From Acidobacteriota bacterium (lineage in GTDB: Bacteria; Acidobacteriota; Vicinamibacteria; Vicinamibacterales; UBA2999), in contig JADZBZ010000214.1 of the NCBI GenBank assembly GCA_020851835.1, positions 1 through 57,246 on the forward strand: a stretch of DNA of 57,246 bases. Direction: 5' to 3'. Every line of letters starts with the position of its first letter. Position 1 is the first letter of the stretch. The notes under the pieces were generated by a model. That model saw only the letters and a program-made list of their open reading frames with translations, had not been told where the DNA came from and ran no database searches. This document shows, one piece after another, positions 29,962-38,639 of the stretch. The position numbers and the translations under genes are program-made.

Positions 29962-30158
29962 TTCGCAGCCTCCCGGATTGCCCTTCGTACCTGCTTCTCC
30001 TGGTAGTCCTTCGCGTCGTCGCCGTCGTTTCCGCTGAGAATCACCGATCCGGCCAGCTTCGGATGCCGGAACTTCTTGTGTCCGCCTTTACCGCCTCCCA
30101 CGAGCGAGAAGCCGGCTCGTTCGAGGTCCGAAATCAACTGGCGAATCTTGCGCGGCAC
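29958..30158 (-). CDS. hicA: HicA-family mRNA interferase toxin
   Basis: 66 aa. KIRQLISDLERAGFSLVGGGKGGHKKFRHP is the HicA signature. GTG start. Confidence 0.75.
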   Translation of the reverse strand: MPRKIRQLISDLERAGFSLVGGGKGGHKKFRHPKLAGSVILSGNDGDDAKDYQEKQVRRAIREAAK

Positions 30159-30309
30159 ACACCGATCAGTATAGCCCGCCCTATCGAACCTCCCTTCCTC
30201 TCTCGCCCAAATGAACCGTGACGAAGGATGCGCCTGACTTGAACCCTTTTGCCGATCTCGTCGTCCAAGGATATGGTCTGCAATGCAGGCTATCAGGGGA
30301 CGAGGCGAC

Positions 30310-30642
30310 ATGGCGAAAACACCCTACCTGGGCGAGTTCGAATACGCGGTCATGCTGGCCGTCATCCGGCTCGGCGATGAGGCCTACGGCGTCCCGATTC
30401 GCGAGCTCATCGAGGCGCGGACGGGCCGGCCAGTCGCGCGCGGGGCGCTCTACACCGGCCTCGAACGCCTGGAGATCAAGGGCTGCCTGCGCTCCCGCAT
30501 GGGCGATCCCATGCCGGAGCGCGGCGGCCGCGCGCGGCGATACTTCACGGCCACACCGCTCGGGCTTCGCGCGCTCAGGAGCACGCACGCGGCGCTCTCC
30601 AACCTGTCGAAGGGCCTCGAGGCCATCCTGGAGCAGCCATGA
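30310..30642 (+). CDS. PadR-family transcriptional regulator
   Basis: GEFEYAVMLAVIRLGDEAYGVPI...GALYTGLERLEIKGCL. An alternative start at 30283 is possible. Confidence 0.85.
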   Translation: MAKTPYLGEFEYAVMLAVIRLGDEAYGVPIRELIEARTGRPVARGALYTGLERLEIKGCLRSRMGDPMPERGGRARRYFTATPLGLRALRSTHAALSNLSKGLEAILEQP

Positions 30643-33332
30643 CGGCCCCACCGACCCCTCCGGCGCTTGCCGAGCGTGTGCTTCGCGCTGCCATTCGCGA
30701 CCCGGAGTGGCGGGAGGCGGTCAGCGGCGACCTGTGCGAGGAGTTTGACGACATCGCCCGCCGCTACGGGCTCCCGGCCGCAAGGCGCTGGTACTGGCGT
30801 CAGGCGGTGGGACTCGGCGCCCGATTCGTCGCGGGCCGCGTCGTGCCCCGCGCGGCGCCGCAGCGCTGGCAGGTGCGGGACCGGGACTTGGAGCCGCGGG
30901 CCTCGTGGACGGCCTTCCGCGACATCGCCTATGCCTGGCGGGCCATCGCCCACCGTCCGGGCGTGTCCTTCGTCATCGTCGCGACCCTGGCGCTCGTGCT
31001 CGCCGCCAACGCGACCGTGTTCAATCTGGTCGATGCGCTGTACCTGCGTCCCTTCCGGTTTCCGGGCGTCGACAGGCTCGTGGTGGTCGCCTCGGCTGCC
31101 GACAACGGCGCCGAGACCGACTACAACTCGGTCGCGCCGGCCGACTTTCGCGACTGGCAGCGCGAGAGCACCACCATGTCGCTGCTTGCAGCCGCGGCCT
31201 TCTGGGACCCGAACATGTCCGGCGTGGACGAACCGGAGCAGGTGCCGGGGTTCCTGGTCAGTCCGGCGTTCTTCCGTGCGATTGGCGCCGAGCCGCTCAT
31301 CGGGCGGACGTTCCTCGATTCCGAAACCATTCCCGGCAGCCACCGCCGCGTCGTGGTGTCGCACGGTCTGTGGGCGCGCCGATTCGGTTCGGACCCCCGC
31401 CTGGTCGGACGAACGATCCGCTTCGACGGCGAGCCGTACGAAGTGGTGGGCATCATGCCGCCGGGCCTGGCCCTTCCCTACGGCGCGCAGGCGTGGGCGC
31501 CGCTCGCCTACACCGAGGAACAGTGGGCCGAGCGCGGGCGGGGCGGGTTGCTCGTCATCGGACGCGTCGCCGACGGGCAGACGGTCGGATCCGCACGCGC
31601 CGAGATGACGTCGATCGTCGGCCGGCAGCGTCACGAGCATCCCGAGACCAACGCGCAGCGGGACCTCACCCTCGCCTCCTTCACGCGCGCCCTCGCGGAC
31701 GGCTACGCCGCGCCACTGCTCGCCATCTGGCAGGCCGCGGCCTTCCTGCTCCTCGTCATCGCATGCGCCAACATCGCCAATCTCCTGCTGGCTCGCGGCG
31801 CGGAACGCCACCAGGAGTTTGCCGTCCGCATGGCGCTCGGCGCCGGCCGCTGGCGAGTCGCGCGGCAGTTGCTCTTCGAGGGTGCCCTGCTCACCTTCGC
31901 CGCCCTCGTCGTGACCGTGCCGCTGGCGATGGCCGGTGCGGAAGCGACGCGGCGCGGCATGCCGCCGGGACTTCACCGGTGGGTCCCCGGCATCGACTTC
32001 ATCCGATTCGACCCCTCGTCGCTGGCCGTCATGGCAGGGCTCGGTGCCGTGGCCACGCTGGTCTTCTCCTGGCTCCCGGCGCTCCAGGCCTCCGGCGCCG
32101 CCGTCTCCCAGTCGCTTCGCGACGGCGGTCGCACCATTGCCGCCGGTCGGTCACGCGGATGGCTGGGGACGGGACTCGTCGTCGGACAGGTCGCCCTGGC
32201 CGTCTGTCTCGTGGCGGGCGCCGGCCTCGTGCTGGGCGGGATCGACAAGGCCGTGAACGGCGCGCTGGGCTTCGACAAGCAGCACGTGCTGACGGCCGAG
32301 ATGCGTCTGGACGGGCCCGCCTACCAGGAGCCGGAACAGCGGCGGCAGTTCGTCGAGCGTGTCTTCGACCGGCTCCGGGGCATGCCGGCCGTGGAACGGC
32401 TGGCGGCTTCCTCGTCGCTGCCGTATTCGCCGGGCGGCGGCCTGCTCTCCCGGCCGATCTATCCCGAAGGTCTCGATCTGACGGAGGCCGAGGCTCGTCC
32501 CGCGCGCCTCCACCGCATCACGCCCGACTACTTCGACGTGCTCCGCATGCCCATCGTCGAGGGACGACGGTTCACCGAGGCCGATCGACCCGGGGCGCCA
32601 TCGGTGGCCATTGTCAGCCGGAACTTCGGCGAGCGGTACTGGCCCGGCGAATCGGCCGTGGGCCGGCGATTCCGCACCGCGCCGGATGGGCCGTGGCTGG
32701 AGATCGTCGGCGTGGCCGGCGACATCGTGCAGGACATGCTGCTCGCCCGCGAATGGCCGGCGTTCTACACGCCGGCGGCGCAGGAGCCGACCTTCGCGAC
32801 GGCGTTTGGCATACGGACCGGGAGCGATCCTCTGGCCGTGAGCGGTGAGCTCCGCCGGGCCATTTCGGCCGTCGATCCCGATCTGCCGCTGCTGCAGCTC
32901 CGCAGCCTCGAACAGGTGGTGGCCGAACGCGCCGGCGGCATCGCGCACCTGGCCCGGCTCCTCGGCGTGATGGGCGCCGTGGCACTCCTGCTGGCCCTGA
33001 TGGGCGTCTACAGCCTGATGGCGTACGCCGCGGCGCGACGCACGCAGGAGTTCGGCGTCAGGATGGCGCTCGGCGCCACACGCTGGCAGGTGGTGCGCCT
33101 GTCGCTCAGGCAGGCGGCGGTCCTGACCGGACTTGGCCTCGTCGCCGGCGCGGTCCTAGCCGCCGCGCTTAACCGCGTCATGTCCTCGACGCTCTTCGGG
33201 CTGGTCTCGTTCGACGCCGCCGCGATCGCCGTCATGACGCTGGCGATTGGCGCAACCGCACTGGTGGCCGGGTGGCTGCCGGCACGGCGCGCCGCGGATC
33301 TCGATCCGACCGTTGCGCTCCGGATGGAATGA
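30639..33332 (+). CDS. ADOP-family permease (duplicated MacB/FtsX)
   Basis: 897 aa. Same architecture as the other two intact ADOP genes. Ends ALRME. ATGA overlap with the PadR gene. Confidence 0.85.
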   Translation: MTAPPTPPALAERVLRAAIRDPEWREAVSGDLCEEFDDIARRYGLPAARRWYWRQAVGLGARFVAGRVVPRAAPQRWQVRDRDLEPRASWTAFRDIAYAWRAIAHRPGVSFVIVATLALVLAANATVFNLVDALYLRPFRFPGVDRLVVVASAADNGAETDYNSVAPADFRDWQRESTTMSLLAAAAFWDPNMSGVDEPEQVPGFLVSPAFFRAIGAEPLIGRTFLDSETIPGSHRRVVVSHGLWARRFGSDPRLVGRTIRFDGEPYEVVGIMPPGLALPYGAQAWAPLAYTEEQWAERGRGGLLVIGRVADGQTVGSARAEMTSIVGRQRHEHPETNAQRDLTLASFTRALADGYAAPLLAIWQAAAFLLLVIACANIANLLLARGAERHQEFAVRMALGAGRWRVARQLLFEGALLTFAALVVTVPLAMAGAEATRRGMPPGLHRWVPGIDFIRFDPSSLAVMAGLGAVATLVFSWLPALQASGAAVSQSLRDGGRTIAAGRSRGWLGTGLVVGQVALAVCLVAGAGLVLGGIDKAVNGALGFDKQHVLTAEMRLDGPAYQEPEQRRQFVERVFDRLRGMPAVERLAASSSLPYSPGGGLLSRPIYPEGLDLTEAEARPARLHRITPDYFDVLRMPIVEGRRFTEADRPGAPSVAIVSRNFGERYWPGESAVGRRFRTAPDGPWLEIVGVAGDIVQDMLLAREWPAFYTPAAQEPTFATAFGIRTGSDPLAVSGELRRAISAVDPDLPLLQLRSLEQVVAERAGGIAHLARLLGVMGAVALLLALMGVYSLMAYAAARRTQEFGVRMALGATRWQVVRLSLRQAAVLTGLGLVAGAVLAAALNRVMSSTLFGLVSFDAAAIAVMTLAIGATALVAGWLPARRAADLDPTVALRME

Positions 33333-33336
33333 GTCG

Positions 33337-33588
33337 TCAGCCCTGGTTGGGCGTCTCGGCGGGTGGTGCCGGCGGCACGGCGTTCGGGCCCGGCGCGGTT
33401 TCCTCCGCCTGGAAGTTGCACAGCCGGTGCGAGCCGTCGCAGAACGGGCGCCGCTTGGACTGCCCGCAGCGGCACAGGGCGAACGGCTTCTTGCTGAGGA
33501 TGTACTCCTCGCCGTTCCAGTCGATGAGCTTCACGTCCTCGCCCTCGACGAGGAGCGAGCCGTTCTGTCGGACCTTGATCGTGATCAT
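33337..33588 (-). CDS. CDGSH-type iron-sulfur domain protein
   Basis: ...CRCGQSKRRPFCDGSH... is the CDGSH 2Fe-2S motif. Confidence 0.8.
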   Translation of the reverse strand: MITIKVRQNGSLLVEGEDVKLIDWNGEEYILSKKPFALCRCGQSKRRPFCDGSHRLCNFQAEETAPGPNAVPPAPPAETPNQG

Positions 33589-33596
33589 GTCGGCGA

Positions 33597-34479
33597 CTAT
33601 CCTTTTTGCATCGCGGACAGGAAGTCGGCGTTCGACTTCGTCTTGCCCATTTTGTCGAGCAGCAGTTCCATGGTCTCGACCGGCGACAGCGGGTTGAGCA
33701 CGCGCCGCAGCACGTAGACGCGCTGCAGGTCTTCCTTCGGGATGAGCAGCTCCTCCTTGCGCGTGCCGCTCTTGAGGGTGTCGCTGGCCGGGAAGACGCG
33801 CTTGTCGGAGAGCTTCCGATCGAGGTTGATCTCCATGTTGCCCGTGCCCTTGAACTCCTCGAAGATCACGTCGTCCATGCGGGAGCCGGTGTCGATGAGC
33901 GCGGTGGCGATGATGGTGAGCGAGCCGCCCTCCTCGATGTTGCGCGCGGCCCCGAAGAAGCGCTTCGGCTTCTGCAGGGCGTTACTGTCGAGACCGCCGG
34001 AGAGCACCTTGCCGGACGGCGGGATCACCGTGTTGTAGGCGCGCGCGAGGCGCGTGATCGAGTCGAGCAGGATGAGCACGTCCTTCTTGTGCTCGACGAG
34101 GCGCTTGGCCTTCTCGATGACCATCTCGGCCACCTGCACGTGCCGCTGCGCCGGCTCGTCGAAGGTCGAGGAGATGACCTCGCCGTCCACCGACCGCTGC
34201 ATGTCGGTCACCTCCTCCGGCCGCTCGTCGATGAGCAGGACGATGAGGTAGACCTCCGGGTGGTTCTTCGCGACCGACTGCGCAATGTTCTGCAACAGCA
34301 TCGTCTTGCCGGTGCGCGGCGGCGCGACGATGAGGCCGCGCTGCCCCTTGCCGATGGGCGTCATCAGGTCCATGACGCGCGCCGACAGGTTCTCCGCATC
34401 GGTTTCGAGTTTGAGACGCTCCTGCGGATAGAGCGGCGTCAGTTCTCGAAGAACAGCTTGTCGCGCGCCTGGTCCGGCG
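33597..34479 (-). pseudogene. rho: Transcription termination factor Rho lacking the N-terminal RNA-binding domain, with a 1-nt frameshift near 34441
   Basis: ...[26 protein letters not shown]...[33 protein letters not shown]...[19 protein letters not shown]... aligns by memory to E. coli Rho from about residue 130 to the C-terminus. The 5' end abuts repeat copy 6. Confidence 0.85.
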
Positions 34480-34575
34480 CTGTGGCGAGGGGGCGAAGAT
34501 CGAACGCAGCACGGGCGTCAGCGTCTGATAACGTTGACTCCGTTACCTGCGGACCCGTTCATAGCGACTATCGTC
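34480..34575 (+). repeat. Junction repeat, copy 6 (96-nt core)
   Basis: 96/96 identical to the other cores. Sits between the rho remnant (-) and an IS701-like transposase remnant (+). Confidence 0.95.
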
Positions 34576-34639
34576 CAAACGGCAAGGTCCTCGGCTCTGG
34601 AGGGTCGACACTAGTACTACTTTGTCAGGTTCACGGGTG

Positions 34640-35165
34640 GGCTGATCGATAGCGCTTGTACTGCGACGCGGGATCTCGTACGCTACGCGCGTGACGACGG
34701 GGCCGCACGGGCGCTCTTGCGCCGCCTGGGGCAATTCCTCGACGGCTTCAGCGCGTGCTTCAGTCGCCGCCCGCAACGCGAGGCGGCGAGTCGCTACCTC
34801 GACGGCCTGCTGAACGACAGCGAGCGGAAGTCGATGCAGGCGATGCATGGCCGGTTGAGTGATCCCGGCCAGTATCAGCCGCTGCAGCAGCACTTCATCA
34901 CGGACTCGCTGTGGGACGCCGCGCGGGTGTGGACGCAGCTGCGGGCGGCCGTGCCGGTGCGCGCCGGCATTCTCGCCATCGACGACACCGGCTTCCCCAA
35001 GCAGGGGACGGACTCGGTGGGCGTGCAGCGCCAGTACTGTGGGGCGCTCGGCAAGGTCGGCAATTGCCAGATGGCCGTCTCGAGCGCGCTGATCGCCGAC
35101 GGCCGCACGTGGCCGCTCGCCTTCGACCTGTATGTGTCGACATCGTGGACGGACGATGCGGATCG
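34640..35165 (+). mobile_element. IS701-family (IS4-like DDE) transposase, N-terminal ~170 aa remnant
   Basis: ...FSRRPQREAASRYLDGLLNDSERKSMQAM...ILAIDDTGFPKQGTDSVGVQRQYCGALGKVGNCQ... is typical of IS701-type transposases. No ATG start; truncated near 35165. Confidence 0.65.
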
Positions 35166-35189
35166 GCGCGCCCTGGTGGGTACTGCGTG

Positions 35190-35330
35190 TGCAAATGGCG
35201 AGAACGATTTCGAGTGCGCCGCTTGAGGGATTGACCGACGAGCCGCGTCCGGGGGCCCCCCCGCAAAGCCACCGACGATGCGGCCGGTGCAGGATTGTGA
35301 CGCGAGTTGTCAGAAACTGGCGCGCGGAAG
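35190..35330 (+). mobile_element. Possible IS630-type transposase HTH fragment
   Basis: ...LEGLTDEPRPGAPP... resembles the HTH-linker motif of IS630-family transposases. Very short and frameshifted. Confidence 0.3.
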
Positions 35331-35733
35331 CGTTCCATCTAATACAAGGCAGCACACGACTCGGCGACTGAGCCCCGGGACGTGCCAAGCCCGTCGCAAC
35401 TGGCCTCAGGCCGGTGCGCGCTCGAGCTCGCCTCAGGCCGCTGTCCTGACGACGATGGGCACGCCAGACGAGTCGATCCGCATCAGTCGGTACGACTCCG
35501 CCGCATCGTCATCGCAGAGCAACGACGGTTCTCTGGCGGCTTTCAAGAACGACGAGTAGCGCGAGCGGCGCTCCGCATCTACTCCGACTTTCCTGACCTC
35601 ATCGAACCTCCGGAACGTCTCGACCGCGAAATACGTGTCGGATGGGAAGCGTGTCGCACAGCGGCGTTCGGCCTCAGAAGTGATTCCCACCTCTTGAGAG
35701 GGAAGCTGCGTCGGCGCGCAGCCGGTGGCAACG

Positions 35734-36156
35734 CTACGCCAAGCGAGTGACAGGCAGAACATCTGGGGTGTTCACGAGTTCGCCGTGGACGCGTGGCGCG
35801 CCCCACAGCGCGTTGGCGTCGGCCATCCTGTGGATCAGGCGGCGCAGTTCGCCGGTCACGCGGGGGCGGCCGCCGATTGGACGCGACCGCCAGGTCCAGT
35901 ATTGGGCAAAGCCACGGCGATGCCACGCGACAACCGTCGCGGGCCGGACGATCTCCAGCGCCGAGCGCCAGTCCGTCCACGCGCGGCGCAGGCCGACCCA
36001 GAAGAGTCGGTCGGACCACCGGATCGTGGGCCTGAATCGAGTGCGCCGGTACATGGCCAGCTGCTGTCGGAGCGCGAGGTTCTCAAGCGCGAGGGCGCGG
36101 TGCCCGCCCACGAGGACGGTCAACAGGCGAAGGCCGCGAAGCAGACGGGCAAGCAT
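35734..36156 (-). mobile_element. N-terminal ~135 aa remnant of an rve-type (IS481/IS3-superfamily) transposase
   Basis: ...ENLALRQQLAMYRR...DRLFWVGLRRAWTDWRSALEIVRPATVVAWHRRGF...WGAPRVHGEL... The catalytic rve core is missing. Confidence 0.55.
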
Positions 36157-36363
36157 GACCCAGGGTAGCGCCCAGGGTTTGCTAGAATCCCTCGAATTCA
36201 GGGGAGTACGAGGTCTTGGCGAACGACAGGCAACGGCCGCGGCTCGAAGGGCGGGTCGAGGCGCCTGCCAACGACAGCGCGACGAGTGCTTCGGTGCGAA
36301 TCTCGGATTGATCCGGGAACATACTAACAGGTCGAAGACGCTGATCGCGACGGCGCGATTGGA

Positions 36364-36810
36364 TCACGACCTGTCCGGATCGGTCGGATGCACGGCCAAT
36401 TCGAACCCATGGCCTCCAGCGAGTCGAACGGCGGCGAAGTGACGCACGTCGCGGGTCGCGAGTCGATAGACGCCGATCGACTCGGCCAGCGCGACGATCG
36501 AGGAGTCGACGAGGCCCAGGCGAAGATCCGCGAAGCGTCGGTCCACGTCCATCGCACGCGCGAGCTGGCCGAGGGTTGGCGGCGCGTAGGTGAAGGCACC
36601 GCGCGACAGATCCTGCATGAACGCCTGCATCGCTGCGCGTTCGTCGCGAAGGAAGTAGTCGACCTCGGCGAGGACGAGTCCCGGAACGTAGCGCGTGCGG
36701 GCCTGGTCGATGACGCGGCGAAAGCGCCGGTGGTCTGGCGCGCCCTCGACGAGATAGTCGATGAGCGCGCCGGTGTCGCAGATGAGCGCGGCTGCGCTAC
36801 CGGCCGGCAC
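36364..36810 (-). CDS. vapC: PIN-domain toxin (VapC)
   Basis: ALICDTGALIDYL...LVDSSIVALAE... acidic PIN residues. Overlaps the upstream RHH gene. Confidence 0.8.
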   Translation of the reverse strand: MPAGSAAALICDTGALIDYLVEGAPDHRRFRRVIDQARTRYVPGLVLAEVDYFLRDERAAMQAFMQDLSRGAFTYAPPTLGQLARAMDVDRRFADLRLGLVDSSIVALAESIGVYRLATRDVRHFAAVRLAGGHGFELAVHPTDPDRS

Positions 36811-37027
36811 TGAACAGCTCGCGCTCGTCGCCGCGCTCTGTCAGCGTGCGGACGATACCCGCGCTCCGAGGCTTGGGGTGTCGGCGGTACTGCTCGAGCA
36901 CGAGGGCGAGATGCTGCCGGATGAACTCCGCACGCGAGACACCGCGCTCCCGAGCTGCCCGGGTCAGCAGGCGATCGTCCTCCGGATCCAGGGCAATCGT
37001 GGTCGCCTTCTTCAGTGAGAGTGCCAT
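36797..37027 (-). CDS. vapB: Ribbon-helix-helix (CopG-like) antitoxin (VapB)
   Basis: MALSLKKATTIALDPEDDRLLTRAARERGVSRAEFIRQHL has the RHH layout. Start at the internal ATG of ORF 36797..37303. Confidence 0.75.
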   Translation of the reverse strand: MALSLKKATTIALDPEDDRLLTRAARERGVSRAEFIRQHLALVLEQYRRHPKPRSAGIVRTLTERGDERELFSAGR

Positions 37028-37220
37028 GGAAGTAATATGACTCGACGAGGGGCGGCGGTCAAGCTGCGTCCGCGTCACCGGAGACACTGCGGCGGGCGCC
37101 GCCAAGTCGAAACAAGGATTGTGTAGAAACGGTGTAACGTCGGCCCGGACACCCCGACGAACCGGGGCGAACACGGCGTCACACCGACGAGCACCGGATG
37201 GCCGTAAGTCGCTGACTCGG

Positions 37221-38554
37221 CTATGCCTTGCGATGCGGGGGCGTTGCTCCGTGCAGGTGGCCGGAAGCACCTTCCAAGCGTGCGCCCTCAACCACTCGGC
37301 CATCTCTCCGTTTGAGTGGAATCAACAGTTTAGCGGAGGGCGGGGATCCCGCCAAACGCAAACTGTGACGTGACTGTGACGTAAGGCTTTCGGACAGCGC
37401 CAAGAACAGCGGGATTTCCACGCCGTCCTTGGGTGATTCAGGGCTGTCGCCGTTCCTGGCCCCGTCCGCGTCCGCGTCTCCACTCGTGCCGTCGCCATTG
37501 TGAGCGTCTCGACGTGATTCGTCCAGTGCGTCGAGGGCTTGCCGCTTCGCGTCGATCCGGATGTGCGAGTAGTGCTCCAGCATTCGCCGCGACAGGTGGC
37601 CGCTGATCGATTCGAGCACATGATCGGCGACGCCCAGTTCGGCGAGCTCGGTGATCACCGTGTGCCGCAGATCGTGGAAGCGGAATCGCGGCAGGCCGGC
37701 GGCGTCGCGGAGCGCCCGCCAGGCCGTGTCCCATTTCTCCATCGGCTTCGTCGGATCGTAGTGACCCCACTGGCAGGCCGGCCAGATGTAGTGGTCCGGT
37801 TCGGTGTGTCCGAGCAAGTCGGCTCTTTCGAGCATGCGAGCGACGGCGACGATGGCCGGCGCGTTGAGCGGGATGACGCGATGGCTCGTCTCGTTCTTGT
37901 TGCGCCGGACGTAGAGCAGCTTCTTCACGAGATCGACATCACGCCGGCGGAGGTGCTTCACCTCCACCGGCTGCATCGAGGGTTCGAAGCAACCATCGCT
38001 GCGCAGTAGACGTGTTCCCACTCGGGATTGGACGCAGCACTCTCAAAGAGTCGCTGCCGTTCCTCAGGTGTCAGCGCGCGGCCAACCGGCTTCTGACGCT
38101 CGGGCAGATTCCGTACATGGTCTGCAACCGCCCGCCACCGTCCGCACGACTTGAGGACGCGGCACAGGACGCCGACGTCCATGTTGATGGTCCGGTTCGC
38201 CTTGCCAGCGTCATGGCGCTTGCGCTGGTACTCGGAGATCGACCTCGCGGTGATCGCCGTGAGCGGCGTGTCGCCGAAGTAGCGCTTCAGCGTGATGAGG
38301 CGCTCTTCCTCGAACTCGATCGTTCGCGGCGAACAGTGCAGCCGCTTGCCGTCGATGTAGGCGTCGACGGCCTCGAAGAGCCGCTTCGGTCCCTGCTCGT
38401 GCGTTGCGACGGCGCCGTGACCAGCGTCCTCGATGAGCTGCCGTTCCTTCCGCTTGGCGTCCTGGAGGTTCGTCGTGTCGAGACGCTTTCGGTAGCGACG
38501 GCCATCGACCGTGAAGTCCGCCCAGTACTGGCGCCCGCGCTTCCAAAGACTCAT
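37221..38554 (-). pseudogene. Phage-type tyrosine integrase, frameshifted near 37960..38020
   Basis: N-terminal ORF (MSLWKRGRQYWADFTVDGRRYRKRL...) and C-terminal ORF (...HDLRHTVITELAELG...GHLSRRMLEHYSHI...) are in different frames. R..H.R.Y catalytic motifs are present. The 3' extension below ~37380 is read-through. Confidence 0.8.
37270..37312 (-). tRNA. tRNA-Ser 5' half only (acceptor 5' strand, D arm, anticodon-stem 5' strand and loop); non-functional remnant
   Basis: The minus strand reads GGAGAGATGGCCGAGTGGTTGAGGGCGCACGCTTGGAA..., a typical class-II tRNA-Ser 5' half. No matching anticodon 3' stem, T arm (GTTCGAATC) or TCTCTCC acceptor follows. Confidence 0.55.
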
Positions 38555-38639
38555 GGCCGCAGCTCCTCGGTTCCGGTCTGTCGTTCAGACGACGATTCCG
38601 TGCGGGCGTCAACGGCGCTGGCGCGGACGAAGGTCTCCA

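Noticed and set aside
1-34575. The 96-nt repeats as a CRISPR array
   Set aside because: The intervals are 4 to 8 kb and contain whole genes. The repeat is far longer than CRISPR repeats. There are no cas genes and no short unique spacers.
1-34575. The 96-nt repeats as integron attC sites (CALIN-like cassette array)
   Set aside because: The co-orientation is suggestive, but the ends lack RYYYAAC/GTTRRRY cores and the element is not an imperfect palindrome end to end. The would-be cassettes are multi-gene and begin and end inside genes. No intI is present.
37200-37330. A complete tRNA-Ser gene
   Set aside because: Only the 5' half matches. No anticodon 3' stem, variable arm, GTTCGAATC T loop or TCTCTCC acceptor strand follows. 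It is recorded as a remnant only.
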